Source of the DNA: a bacterium
GTDB taxonomy: Bacteria > SAR324 > NAC60-12
DNA: 64,000 nt
NCBI GenBank assembly: GCA_965205865.1
Contig: CBDBHR010000023.1
Span: 64,001 to 128,000 of the forward strand
Direction: 5' to 3'
Numbering within the stretch: position 1 is the stretch's first letter; every line of letters begins with the position of its first letter. Below are positions 22,450-32,123 of the stretch, piece after piece. Made by a program: the position numbers and the translations under genes. The notes under the pieces are model-generated. The model saw only the letters and a list, made by a program, of their open reading frames with translations. It had not been told where the DNA came from and did no database searches.

Positions 22450-22825
22450 TGTCATTCCTGGCGAAGACCAGGAATCCACAGGGCTGGCGATTCAGGTGAC
22501 TAAAACGTTTCATATAAATCTTTCCATTGAGGATTATTTTTCTCAATGAGTTCGATTTTCCAAGCTCGTTTCCATTTCTTGAGTTGTTTTTCTCTCCGGA
22601 GAGCAGCTGTCACCTCTGAAGCGGTCTCATAGTATACCAATTGATGTACTTGGTATTTACTGGTAAATCCTTCTATGAGATTTTTTTTATGTTCATAAAC
22701 TCTTTTAAGAAGATCATTTGTCACTCCAATATATAGAGTGCCATTTCTTTTACTTGCTAAGGTATAAACGTAGTAGGTTTTCATGATGGCGACTCCCGGA
22801 TTCCTGGTCTTCGCCAGGAATGACA
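22450..22825. mobile_element. REP-bracketed GIY-YIG nuclease cassette (putative mobile unit)
   Basis: Perfect 28-bp inverted repeats TGTCATTCCTGGCGAAGACCAGGAATCC (22450-22477 and 22798-22825), each internally palindromic, enclose a single gene. Confidence 0.7.
22500..22784 (-). CDS. Stand-alone GIY-YIG endonuclease (94 aa)
   Basis: YYVYTL...GTLYIGVT..L.KRVYEH...A..REKQLKKWKRAWKIELIE; conserved Tyr, Arg, His and Glu residues are present. Confidence 0.92.
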   Translation of the reverse strand: MKTYYVYTLASKRNGTLYIGVTNDLLKRVYEHKKNLIEGFTSKYQVHQLVYYETASEVTAALRREKQLKKWKRAWKIELIEKNNPQWKDLYETF

Positions 22826-22929
22826 CACTTGTGGGAAGCGTATTCATGGAAACCGCTGAATGCAAAAAATATACACGTAATATGACTTATTCAAAGAGAA
22901 GGCATAACTTTGGACGGTTGAGAGGGATT

Positions 22930-23832
22930 ATGAAACTGAAAAATCTATTTTTTTTACTGATTCTGACAAGCAGCGCCAGCTTACTATGGGGGACAGCACT
23001 TTACGCTGCCGAGCAGGAGGAAATTGAGCGTGGGGAGTATATTTTCAGAGCCACGGGAGGATGTGGTTGTCATACCGATTATGAGAATGACGGAGCGTTC
23101 CTGGCAGGAGGACGGGCGATCAAAACCCCTTTTGGAACCTTCTATGGAACTAACATCACGCCCGACCGGGAAACGGGAATCGGAGAGTGGAATGAAGAGG
23201 ATTTCATTCGGGCAATGACCCGGGGCACAGGTCCCGACGGCACTCACTATGCGCCTGTCTTCCCTTATACTTCTTTTACACGGATGACTCGAGAAGATCT
23301 ACTTTCCTTGAAAGCATATTTATCTGCCGTCCCTGCGATTCGCCAGGAAAACAAAACCCATGACTTGTTCATCCCTTTTGGGGAACGGCTGGGTTTTTTC
23401 TTGTGGAAAAAAATGTTTTTTCAAGAAAGCTCGTTCCAACCTCAAGCGGACAAATCCCCCCAATGGAATCGTGGAGCTTATTTGGCAGGTGTGTTGGCTC
23501 ATTGTGAAGAATGCCACACTCCCCGGAATATACAGGGTGTTTTGAAAAAAGATATGCGTTATGCAGGCTCGAGAGATGGGCCGGAAGGGGAACTCGCCCC
23601 CAATATCACGCCTGATGATGAGACTGGTATTGGCGAGTGGGTGGTAATCGATATCGTTGATTTTCTACAAAATGGGATCAAACCGGATGGCGATGACACG
23701 CAAGGCCTGATGAGTCAGGTGATCGAGCATGGCTACGCGTATATGACTACGGAAGATCTGCAAGCTCTGGCCGTCTATCTGAAAGCCCTTCCCCCTATTT
23801 ATAACCCTCTGGAGGAAGGGGACGAAGAATAG
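22930..23832 (+). CDS. Periplasmic di-haem cytochrome c (dehydrogenase cytochrome-subunit-like)
   Basis: Signal peptide, CGCH and CEECH haem motifs, duplicated NITPD.ETGIG.W and FPYTSF. Confidence 0.85.
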   Translation: MKLKNLFFLLILTSSASLLWGTALYAAEQEEIERGEYIFRATGGCGCHTDYENDGAFLAGGRAIKTPFGTFYGTNITPDRETGIGEWNEEDFIRAMTRGTGPDGTHYAPVFPYTSFTRMTREDLLSLKAYLSAVPAIRQENKTHDLFIPFGERLGFFLWKKMFFQESSFQPQADKSPQWNRGAYLAGVLAHCEECHTPRNIQGVLKKDMRYAGSRDGPEGELAPNITPDDETGIGEWVVIDIVDFLQNGIKPDGDDTQGLMSQVIEHGYAYMTTEDLQALAVYLKALPPIYNPLEEGDEE

Positions 23833-23833
23833 T

Positions 23834-25078
23834 ATGAATTCTCCAATCCCTGATGAAATCCCGAAGTACGCGTTCATTGAAGATTTTGATCTCTATGGCA
23901 AAAGAGTTCTCATTCGTGCTGATTTCAATGTGCCTTTGGACGAGGATTTGAATATCCGAGATGCAAGCCGAATCAAAAGCAGCCTGAAAACAATCCGATA
24001 CGCCTTGGAACATGGGGCGAAAGTCATTCTCATGTCGCACTTGGGACGTCCAAAAGGCAAGCGGGTCAAAAAGCTCAGTTTGAATCCGGTAGCAATTGCG
24101 TTGACCCAAATGCTCAAACAGCCGGTCCAATTGATGTCGGACTGTGTGGGCCCTGTTGTCGAAATGAGGATTGATCGCATGCAAATCAGAGAAGTTGTGC
24201 TGCTGGATAATCTGCGTTTTCACAGGGAGGAAACAGACAACACGATATGCTTCGCCCACTCGTTGGCCCGATTGTGTGACATCTATATCAACGATGCCTT
24301 TGGCACTGCTCACCGTGCCCACGCTTCCACTGCAGGGATTACCCGTTTCGCTGACGAATCGGCCATGGGTTATCTTTTACAACAAGAAATCCAGTATCTG
24401 GGCAACATCCTTCACAACCCTTCACAACCCTTTGTTGTCATTCTGGGGGGTGCCAAAGTATCGGATAAAGTGAAAGTTATTAAAAACTTGATGCGTTCCG
24501 TCCGGATTCTGATCATCGGAGGAGGGATGGCCTGTACTTTCTACAAAGCCTTGGGTTACGAAATTGGCGACTCCCTGCTGGAAGAAAAAGCACTGCCGAT
24601 TGCTCATGACATCCTGGAACAGGCAGAGAAGCAAAAGGTACCATTGCTCTTCGCAGAAGATTGCGTGATTGCTGAAAACCTGGAAGAAAACGCAACGACT
24701 GAAATTATCCAGGCATCACAGGGAGTTCCTGCCGGATGGAAAATTCTGGACATTGGTCCCCAGGCAACCCAAACTTTCAGCCAAACCCTGCAACGCGCCA
24801 AAACCATTTTTTGGAACGGACCCATGGGAGTCTTTGAATCAGCGCCCTTCGCCCATGGGACTTTAGGCATTGCCAAAGCCATGGCCGAGGTGACAAAAAA
24901 TGACGCAGTGACCGTCGTTGGAGGCGGCGATTCGGTTGCTGCCATCAAAGAGATGGGATTGGCAGACCAAGTTTCTCATATCTCTACGGGGGGAGGGGCT
25001 TCCTTGGAATTTTTAGAAGGACTACTCTTACCAGGAATTGAAGCCATCCCCAAACGCACCCATAATAAGCTAATTTAA
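23834..25078 (+). CDS. pgk: Phosphoglycerate kinase
   Basis: RADFNVP, SHLGRP, NDAFGTAHRAHAS, WNGPMGVFE and STGGGASLE. Confidence 0.98.
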   Translation: MNSPIPDEIPKYAFIEDFDLYGKRVLIRADFNVPLDEDLNIRDASRIKSSLKTIRYALEHGAKVILMSHLGRPKGKRVKKLSLNPVAIALTQMLKQPVQLMSDCVGPVVEMRIDRMQIREVVLLDNLRFHREETDNTICFAHSLARLCDIYINDAFGTAHRAHASTAGITRFADESAMGYLLQQEIQYLGNILHNPSQPFVVILGGAKVSDKVKVIKNLMRSVRILIIGGGMACTFYKALGYEIGDSLLEEKALPIAHDILEQAEKQKVPLLFAEDCVIAENLEENATTEIIQASQGVPAGWKILDIGPQATQTFSQTLQRAKTIFWNGPMGVFESAPFAHGTLGIAKAMAEVTKNDAVTVVGGGDSVAAIKEMGLADQVSHISTGGGASLEFLEGLLLPGIEAIPKRTHNKLI

Positions 25079-25130
25079 CCTGAGTTCGACAACATATTGA
25101 ATTTATTAAATTCTTATCTCGAACTCAGGT
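25078..25130. mobile_element. 53-bp minimal derivative of the ACCTGAGT MITE
   Basis: ACCTGAGTTCGA...TCGAACTCAGGT; the interior matches the right end of 2460-2675. It lies between the convergent pgk and cimA genes. Confidence 0.7.
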
Positions 25131-25167
25131 TGATTTGAGGAGTTGTGAGGCAATCCCCATTCGGGAC

Positions 25168-26742
25168 TCAACCAGAAGCGACTTGCAGATTTTTCGAGGA
25201 TGATTCGGAAGGTGAGACTTCCACAATTTGGAGATTGATCATTTTTATGGTAGCCCGCACTGCTGCCACGACTTGATCGGTATCCACCCCAATTGTTTTG
25301 ATGCGCTTGCCTTTGTTTTCCCAGGTGATGGTCGCCTCTGTCAAGGCGTCGGTTTGGCCACCTTTGGGAATGCGGATTTCATAATCCAGTAGTTTGGGAC
25401 ATTCGATCTCTTTTTTATCCAGAATTTTACCCATTGCCGTCATAAATGCGTCATACCCTCCATCGCCCTCTCCTGTCGCTAAAAATTCTAGGCCATCAAT
25501 TTCCACACAAATGGACGCTGTTGCCCGTAAAGGCCATCCGCTACTCATGGTACAACTCACCAGACGTATGCGGGTATAGGTGTCGCTTTCCAACACTTCG
25601 GTGATGATGAAGGGCAAATCGGTCATGTTGATGTTTGCTTTGCGGTCGCCCAACTCGACGATACGATCCAGAACTTTTTGATAGTGCTCTTCCGAAAGGT
25701 TGAGTCCCAACTGCTCCAGGTTTTTGGCCAACGAGGCTTTCCCACTCATTTTACCGAGGGCATAGGAACGAATCCGTCCAAAACGTTCTGGAAATAAGGG
25801 ATTGTGATACAGTCCTCCTTTTTTGTCCCCGTCGGCATGAATCCCGCTGGTTTGGGTAAAGACATCTTCCCCGATAATGGGAGCATTGCTGGCAATGCGT
25901 TTTCCGGAAAAAATCTCGACGAGTTCACTGATTGGTCCCAGATGGGATTCATCCACCGAAAGTTTCATGCCCAATTTGTCTCGCAATACCACCGTGATTT
26001 CGGCCAGAGACGCATTGCCCGCCCGCTCTCCCAAACAATTCACGGTGCAGTGGATACTGCGCACTCCAGCTTTGACGGCAGCCATGGCATTGGCGGTTCC
26101 CAAGCCATAATCGTTGTGGGGATGGAAATCGAAATGAGCCCAGGGGAAGCGTTGGATCATATCGGAGAGACTCTCATACACTTCGTCAGGTCCCATCACT
26201 CCCAAGGTATCCGGTAGCATGAAATGCCGGATGCCATTGTCTCGCAACAATGCCATCATTTCGTAAACATACCCGGGATTGTCTTGGTAACCATTGGACC
26301 AGTCTTCCAGGTAAATGTTGATCTTGCATCCCTGTTCGTGAGCATATCGAATTGTCTTTCGGATGTCGGAAACATGTTCATGCAAGGTTTTCCTCAATTG
26401 CCGTCGACAATGATTTTCACTGCCTTTGGTGAGAAGATTCAAAACCCGACCTCCTGCAGAGACAATCCAGTCCACACTTCTTCGATGATCCACAAAGCCC
26501 AGCACTTCGACATGGTCCAGAAAGTTTTGACCCCCAGCCCATTCCGTTATACTGCGCACCGCGTCCCGTTCTCCGTCCGAAATTCGGGCAGAGGCGATTT
26601 CAATGCGGTCAACGTTCACTTGCTCCAGCAGAGATTTTGCCAGATGGAGTTTTTCACGAGAATTGAATGCAATCCCTTGTGTCTGTTCTCCATCGCGGAG
26701 GGTGACGTCCATGATTTCGATAGCTTGTCCGGACAATTGCAT
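25168..26742 (-). CDS. cimA: Citramalate synthase / 2-isopropylmalate synthase family
   Basis: DVTLRDGEQ, HPHNDYG, GERAGN, GIHADG and a C-terminal regulatory domain. Confidence 0.8.
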   Translation of the reverse strand: MQLSGQAIEIMDVTLRDGEQTQGIAFNSREKLHLAKSLLEQVNVDRIEIASARISDGERDAVRSITEWAGGQNFLDHVEVLGFVDHRRSVDWIVSAGGRVLNLLTKGSENHCRRQLRKTLHEHVSDIRKTIRYAHEQGCKINIYLEDWSNGYQDNPGYVYEMMALLRDNGIRHFMLPDTLGVMGPDEVYESLSDMIQRFPWAHFDFHPHNDYGLGTANAMAAVKAGVRSIHCTVNCLGERAGNASLAEITVVLRDKLGMKLSVDESHLGPISELVEIFSGKRIASNAPIIGEDVFTQTSGIHADGDKKGGLYHNPLFPERFGRIRSYALGKMSGKASLAKNLEQLGLNLSEEHYQKVLDRIVELGDRKANINMTDLPFIITEVLESDTYTRIRLVSCTMSSGWPLRATASICVEIDGLEFLATGEGDGGYDAFMTAMGKILDKKEIECPKLLDYEIRIPKGGQTDALTEATITWENKGKRIKTIGVDTDQVVAAVRATIKMINLQIVEVSPSESSSKNLQVASG

Positions 26743-26939
26743 AGTGACCCTTCTTGGAACTGAAACAGATTGATTTTAATAGCGAATTCCCGGAAAAAGA
26801 GGCTATACTCGCATATTATCCTGGAAAGTCAACAACTAATAGCAAATTCCAGGCAAAATAGAGGGATAAGGATTCCGTCCATTTTCCTCCATTTTGCTAT
26901 TGGGGCGCCTTGATGAATTGCTCTATTACAATAGCCAGC

Positions 26940-27317
26940 TTATTTTTTTACGAGGAAATGCAAAAGCACACTGCCTGTCAGTACAAAAGTGAGGAAAAAA
27001 TGAATTTCGGTGGAAAAGGCCAGAGGTTGGCTGCCGTAGAGCAATAAAAGGATTCCTGAGAAGATCAACCCGACCCCCGCAATCAGTTGTACAACTCCGG
27101 AAATCGAAACCCCGGACACTGTTTTCAATCGCTGGCGGTTCGTGCGAATATGATCCCATGCGTACATGGGAAAAATCACAATGAAAAATACTCCAGCCCA
27201 GATGTGCAAGGTTGAAATGACTGAAAATCCCGTGAAGACTTCCCATTCCGCTCCAAAACTCAGAATCAACCCGGATATCACTAAAAAAATGCCACTGCCC
27301 ACCACTAGTTTACGCAT
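26940..27317 (-). CDS. Four-helix membrane protein with conserved His (cytochrome b-like)
   Basis: Hydrophobic segments, repeated ISG/FSG motif and His residues in helices (LHIW, IHFF, LHF). Confidence 0.6.
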   Translation of the reverse strand: MRKLVVGSGIFLVISGLILSFGAEWEVFTGFSVISTLHIWAGVFFIVIFPMYAWDHIRTNRQRLKTVSGVSISGVVQLIAGVGLIFSGILLLLYGSQPLAFSTEIHFFLTFVLTGSVLLHFLVKK

Positions 27318-27700
27318 AAAATCGCTCTATGTATTCGGTTGCACTCCCCAAGCAGAATGCATGCTTTTTAAATTTCGCTCGTTTTTACCTGAATTGAGCG
27401 ATTTTGGAAAAGTTTAAATGAATCGCTCAACTCCTGGTCGAGGATTTCGGGAGCAGAGTCCTGCTCAAAAGTATTTTTTTTCGCTGCCACAGGAGGCAGC
27501 GCTACCATTAAAACTGCCATGCCAATGTTTTTTAAGGGTAGCCTCGGCTCCCATCATGGGGATATTCGATTTTGAATTTTGAGAGAAAAGAATAAGGATG
27601 GAAAATTAGGGAAGAAGGAGTGTAATGGCCAAAGACCATTGTGGTTAAACAATGAGGAGTTAAGGGACCCACTGTCGCTATTCGGATCGGGAATGGGATC

Positions 27701-28264
27701 ATGAAAAAATGTCGGATCTTGCTCTTCGCAGCAAGGATCATTGGGCTGCAGACTCTGCAGGTTTATGGACAACCTACCATTGGATTTACCCAGGAAGATC
27801 GAGAGCGCATCATTCGGTTGGAAACCACCTTGACTCTCTTTAGGGAAGCCAACGATCAGCGTTTTATCGAATTACGGGAAGATATGAACAAACGCTTTGA
27901 ACAGATCGATAAACGCTTTGAACAGATCGATAAACGCTTTGAACAGATCGATAAACGCTTTGAACAGATGATGGATACGTTGCAAATGATTGCCGGTATT
28001 TTTACGGTCCTGACCCTGGGAGTGATCGGATTTGCTTATTGGGATCGACGCAGCATTATTCGTAAAGCAAAAGAAGAGACCCTGGCAACGATTGAACAGG
28101 ATGCCTCCACTAACGACCAAGCGATGATCGATCGGGCGGTTGCTCAGGCTGTCCAAGAAATCAAAAAAGACAATCGTCTGCAAGACTTGATGGCTGCTTT
28201 ACGCAAACTGGCCGCCACCGACCTGCCTCTGGCAAACGTGCTCAAAGAATTTCATTTATTGTAG
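27701..28264 (+). CDS. Coiled-coil membrane protein with KRFEQID heptad repeats
   Basis: Heptad repeats followed by a TM helix ending AYWDRR. Confidence 0.7.
   Translation: MKKCRILLFAARIIGLQTLQVYGQPTIGFTQEDRERIIRLETTLTLFREANDQRFIELREDMNKRFEQIDKRFEQIDKRFEQIDKRFEQMMDTLQMIAGIFTVLTLGVIGFAYWDRRSIIRKAKEETLATIEQDASTNDQAMIDRAVAQAVQEIKKDNRLQDLMAALRKLAATDLPLANVLKEFHLL
27890..27969 (+). repeat. 21-bp coding tandem repeat, about 3.8 copies
   Basis: AAACGCTTTGAACAGATCGAT repeated with no spacers. Confidence 0.95.
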
Positions 28265-28290
28265 TTTCTAAAGGAAAATAGGGTCAGACT

Positions 28291-29175
28291 GTGCGCCGGG
28301 AAAGCTGGCAAGAAATAGAGAGTGAAAGTCTCTTACTCGGTAAGGCAGTAACGACCCGCCGAGTCCCCGAGTCATGAGTGGCTGTTCGCAAGGATAGGCG
28401 CTAAGCGTTGACAGGGGAGAACATAGGCTCGGTTTAGATCTATGGGTCCATCAATGGAGAAGGCGAGAAGCTCGCGGGGAAGTTTACATCATTCGCTATG
28501 CGGATGATCTCGTTGTGGGTTTTCAATACTGCGAAGATGGCGAAAAGTTTAATCGCCAACTAAGACAACGCCTTTTAAATTCGGATTAACTTTACATGAA
28601 TGGAAAACACGCCTCATCGAGTTCGGACTATTCGCCGCGATTAACCGGAGGAAGCAAGGTTTGGGAAAACCGGAAAATTTTGACTTTCTAGGATTTACCC
28701 ACGTCTGCGACACTCGGGTAAAGGACGGAAAATTCAAGCTCACCCGTCTCACCATTTCCAAAAGGCTGCGAAAGAAACTGAAAGAAATATATTTTCAGGT
28801 AAAACGCAAACGTCATGAAAATGCGCATGAACAAGGAAAATGGCTTAGTTCTGTTTTAAACGGTCTGTACAATTACTACGGAGTTCCCGGCAACAGGGGG
28901 GCCTTGAATGCTTTTCGTACCGAAATCCATCGGATGTGGTTCAAATCACTAAGACGGAGGAGCCATAAAGCAAAGAGAATGAACTGGAACCACTTCAAAT
29001 TGCTGGTCAAACTACACATTCCTTCTGTCAGGATAACCCACCCGTATCCGAATCAACGTTTGACCGTCTGACTCGGGGCAGGAGCCGGATGCGTTAGTAG
29101 CGCACGTCCGGATCTGTGCCGGAGGAAGGACGAAAGGTGGCTGGAAACCACTATAAGTCAGTTCTTTACGGTGAC
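28291..29175 (+). mobile_element. Group II intron, internally deleted, with RT/maturase remnant
   Basis: Begins GTGCG. The RT fragment DLWVHQWRR..IIRYADD (about 28437-28520) is frameshifted into FDFLGF..HPYP (to 29071). Domain V GAGCCGGATGCG..CGCACGTCCGGATC is present and the 3' end is ..GTGAC. Confidence 0.88.
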
Positions 29176-29324
29176 CTTTTGTGCGTTTACCATTTGAACG
29201 TTTTTAATGAGCAGTTCTGCAAGCCAATTGATAAATGTTGGAAAGGCAAAATGTACGCATAAGACTAATCTTTATCAAAAGCATGCCATTAGCCGATCTG
29301 CTCTATCTTATTTTTCGATGATAA

Positions 29325-29475
29325 TCATGCACTTTTAACTTCAGGAAGAGTATCGATCTTTTCCAATTCTTTTCCAAGTTTACGTTTTGCAATTCTAACG
29401 TCATAATCTGCTTGCAAATTAATCCAAAATCGTTCCGATAGACCAAAAATTTTGGATAATTTGAGAGCTGTTGTC
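29325..29475 (-). pseudogene. HigA-family antitoxin 3' remnant, cut by IS256
   Basis: TALKLSKIFGLSERFWINLQADYD; the 5' part is replaced by the IS256 left end at 29476. Confidence 0.75.
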
Positions 29476-30285
29476 GAGCTATAATCGAATCTAGTGTTTG
29501 AGGAATTGAACAAAGGCGGCATATCTGGTTGACTAGAATTTTCGAATATCAATCAACCAAATAAAAAGGATATGCCACTATGGGAAAGAACAGCATTTTA
29601 GAGTTCGATAATAAAGAGAGTGTTTCAGATGTTCTGAACGAGTTGTTACGAGACGGGGCACAGCAATTAATACGTCAGGCAGTAGAAACAGAATTGAGCG
29701 AGTATTTGTCTCAGCATCAACGCATAGCCGATGATGGAAGGCTTGCGTTGGTACGCAACGGCTACCTGCCAAAACGAGAAATCCTGACAGGTATAGGCCC
29801 AGTCAGTGTCCGCATCCCCAAGGTACGTTCAAAAGATGGGAAGGCACTGACTTTCCGTTCTGCCTTGGTTCCGCCCTATGTCAGAAAAACCAGATCCCTG
29901 GAAGCAGCATTACCATGGCTGTACCTGAAAGGTGTTTCTACCGGAGAGATGGAGGAAGCATTAAAAGTCCTGGTCGGTCATGATGCACTGGGCCTCTCAG
30001 CCAGCACTGTCTCACGCCTCAAGAGTGAATGGGCAAATGAATATCATCATTGGCGGGAGGCACCACTGGATGAAGACCGCTGGGCCTATGTCTGGGTAGA
30101 TGGCATCTATTCAGGTCTTCGATCCGAGAAAGATAAACTTTGCGCATTGGTTATCATTGGAGTCAACGAAAGAGGTCAGAAACGTTTTTTAGCCATCGAA
30201 GATGGTGTACGAGAGTCCACTCAGAGTTGGAGAGAAGTTCTGCTGAAACTCAAAAGCCGTGGCATGAATGTTCCTCAGTTAGCTA
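29476..30285 (+). mobile_element. IS256-family element, left part (transposase from 29580), truncated by a second IS
   Basis: Left IR GAGCTATAATCGAATCTAGTGTTTGAG and RNGY motif. Matches window bases 1-429 until it is interrupted at 30285. Confidence 0.9.
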
Positions 30286-32118
30286 GACCCTAGCCGAAAA
30301 GGGTTTCGAAAATAGTAAATGTAACCAATTTGATTCTATTTGATTCTCTATTTGATTCAATATGACGAGAAAACGATTTTTTTGTTTTTTATTCGCCCAC
30401 AGCACAGTTTTTATAGGGAAAAAATCTTTTTTGGACATACTTTCCTCGCCCCTGCTCATATTTCACACTCCCCCATTGAATATTCAGGCCGCTTGTTTGA
30501 GTTGTCTTTTTTTCAACTCAATCATTTTGCAAAAATTATAGGTTAATGCTTTTTCCAGCAACTCTGCCCGAACGTTTTCAATCCCTCTGCGCATAACTTG
30601 TCCGAAATGGAAACGATGCTTAAGATGAAACATCAACGACTCTGCAGCAGATCTTCCATTTCGTGATTCCAAATAGATTTCACTTTCCCATTCTTCAATC
30701 GGGGTCATCTTTTTTCCCTTTGCCCCACTAATACTAAAAACCTTAACGCCTTTGCCCATCCACTTTTCTCTGATCGCCTGATTGGCATATCCATCATCAA
30801 GGCTCACTTCAGAGGGAATGGTGATGGTGCATCGCAAATGTTCAACAAGGGCAGGGTCGAGTTGCCCTGAATCAGCAGCATTGCCCTCCGGAGTAATTAA
30901 CACGGAAATAAAACCATTTCCGCTCCTTCCTAATTGAGGCTTATATCCGATAAGCGCTTCTCGATCTCCCTTTTGAATATAAGCCGAGCTCTGATCGGAA
31001 AGACTCAATACTTTCTCAGTAGAAGGAACCTTCTTTTCTTCAAAAACTCTTTGATGACAGTAGATGATTACCCGTTGCAAATTAGAAATATCTTCATTCA
31101 TCATTTCAATGAGGCGAATCAAACGCGTTTTCCGAGAAGGGGGGAGAAGAGCTTTTTGGGCACGGATATCCACCTTTGCCATTTCTTTTAAAAATTTCCC
31201 ATGAGCGCTTTGAGCTTTCTTCAATAGGGTTTTGTAATGTTTTTTTCGCTTCGTTTTACTGTCCTTTTTACCTGTCTCAAAAGCCATCATCTTAGAGAGC
31301 TTATTCATCTCCTTGATGAGGAAATCAAAATTTCTTTCACTGATCTCAGCGATTCCAAATGTATCAAGGGAACGCCCTCGATGGTAGCTTCGCTCCACGA
31401 GACGAGTCAATATCGACGAATCAGTAGGCCAAGCTGTATTTCCTTTTACAGAGGTGCTATCCAGTTTTAAAATATCAAAATCGTCCAACTCTTCATCGAG
31501 AACCATTCGAATTTGAGCATCGAAAATAAACTGTCTGCTCTCGTTGCTGACAGCATTGACATTATCAAGGATTGTACTCGCTCCCGGCATTTTCAATCCA
31601 CGGTTGAGCAGAAGCAGATGCAGTGTGATTGACTCTGAAAGAAATATTTGGGCCGTTTGGGATTTGATACTTCCTAAATATCCCCGAATCATCATAAAAA
31701 GGTAGACTAAAAAAGCCGACATCCGAGGACACCCTATTTCCAGCCTCAGTTCTTCCGGCTTCAATTCCTCATCTTCTACGGGAAGATGAGGAAGCCATGG
31801 ATTCCGGGCTTCCTGCCATCGTTTATCCTCTAAACGCTCTTTCTTTTTATTTCTTGCGTATTTCTCCAAATCCTGTTCAATTTTGTCCAATATCTCCGGC
31901 TCTCGCTCAGACAATTGATCAAGTTCTGATAAGAAATTTTCAAATTCTGTATCAGGAGCGCTTAAAATAAGATGTTTTTCTGCTCGAATGAATGGTTTCA
32001 TTTTGGGTGCCATAATTCTTAATATTGAAGTTATTCACAGTTATTTCAATGAATTATGGCACTTTTTAACCTCAAGTTTAAAGATATAATTCTAAAAAAT
32101 ACCTTTTCGGCTAGGATC
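30286..32118 (-). mobile_element. ISNCY/IS5-like insertion sequence
   Basis: Terminal IRs GACCCTAGCCGAAAAGG and CCTTTTCGGCTAGGATC; flanks are TAGCTA and AAGCTA. Confidence 0.85.
30484..32013 (-). CDS. DDE transposase (ISNCY/IS5-like), 509 aa
   Basis: LDSTSV..N..WPTDS, LDDGY and RSAAES..HLK motifs. Confidence 0.85.
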   Translation of the reverse strand: MAPKMKPFIRAEKHLILSAPDTEFENFLSELDQLSEREPEILDKIEQDLEKYARNKKKERLEDKRWQEARNPWLPHLPVEDEELKPEELRLEIGCPRMSAFLVYLFMMIRGYLGSIKSQTAQIFLSESITLHLLLLNRGLKMPGASTILDNVNAVSNESRQFIFDAQIRMVLDEELDDFDILKLDSTSVKGNTAWPTDSSILTRLVERSYHRGRSLDTFGIAEISERNFDFLIKEMNKLSKMMAFETGKKDSKTKRKKHYKTLLKKAQSAHGKFLKEMAKVDIRAQKALLPPSRKTRLIRLIEMMNEDISNLQRVIIYCHQRVFEEKKVPSTEKVLSLSDQSSAYIQKGDREALIGYKPQLGRSGNGFISVLITPEGNAADSGQLDPALVEHLRCTITIPSEVSLDDGYANQAIREKWMGKGVKVFSISGAKGKKMTPIEEWESEIYLESRNGRSAAESLMFHLKHRFHFGQVMRRGIENVRAELLEKALTYNFCKMIELKKRQLKQAA

Positions 32119-32123
32119 AAGCT

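Noticed and set aside
22783-22929. N-terminal extensions of the GIY-YIG ORF (to 22865) and the cytochrome c ORF (from 22783)
   Set aside because: Both only read through the REP. Family-like sequence starts at ATG 22784 and ATG 22930 respectively.
27890-27969. Possible CRISPR array
   Set aside because: The 21-bp units are contiguous, lack spacers and encode an in-frame heptad. No cas genes are in the window. The same applies to the 12-bp repeat near 42020.
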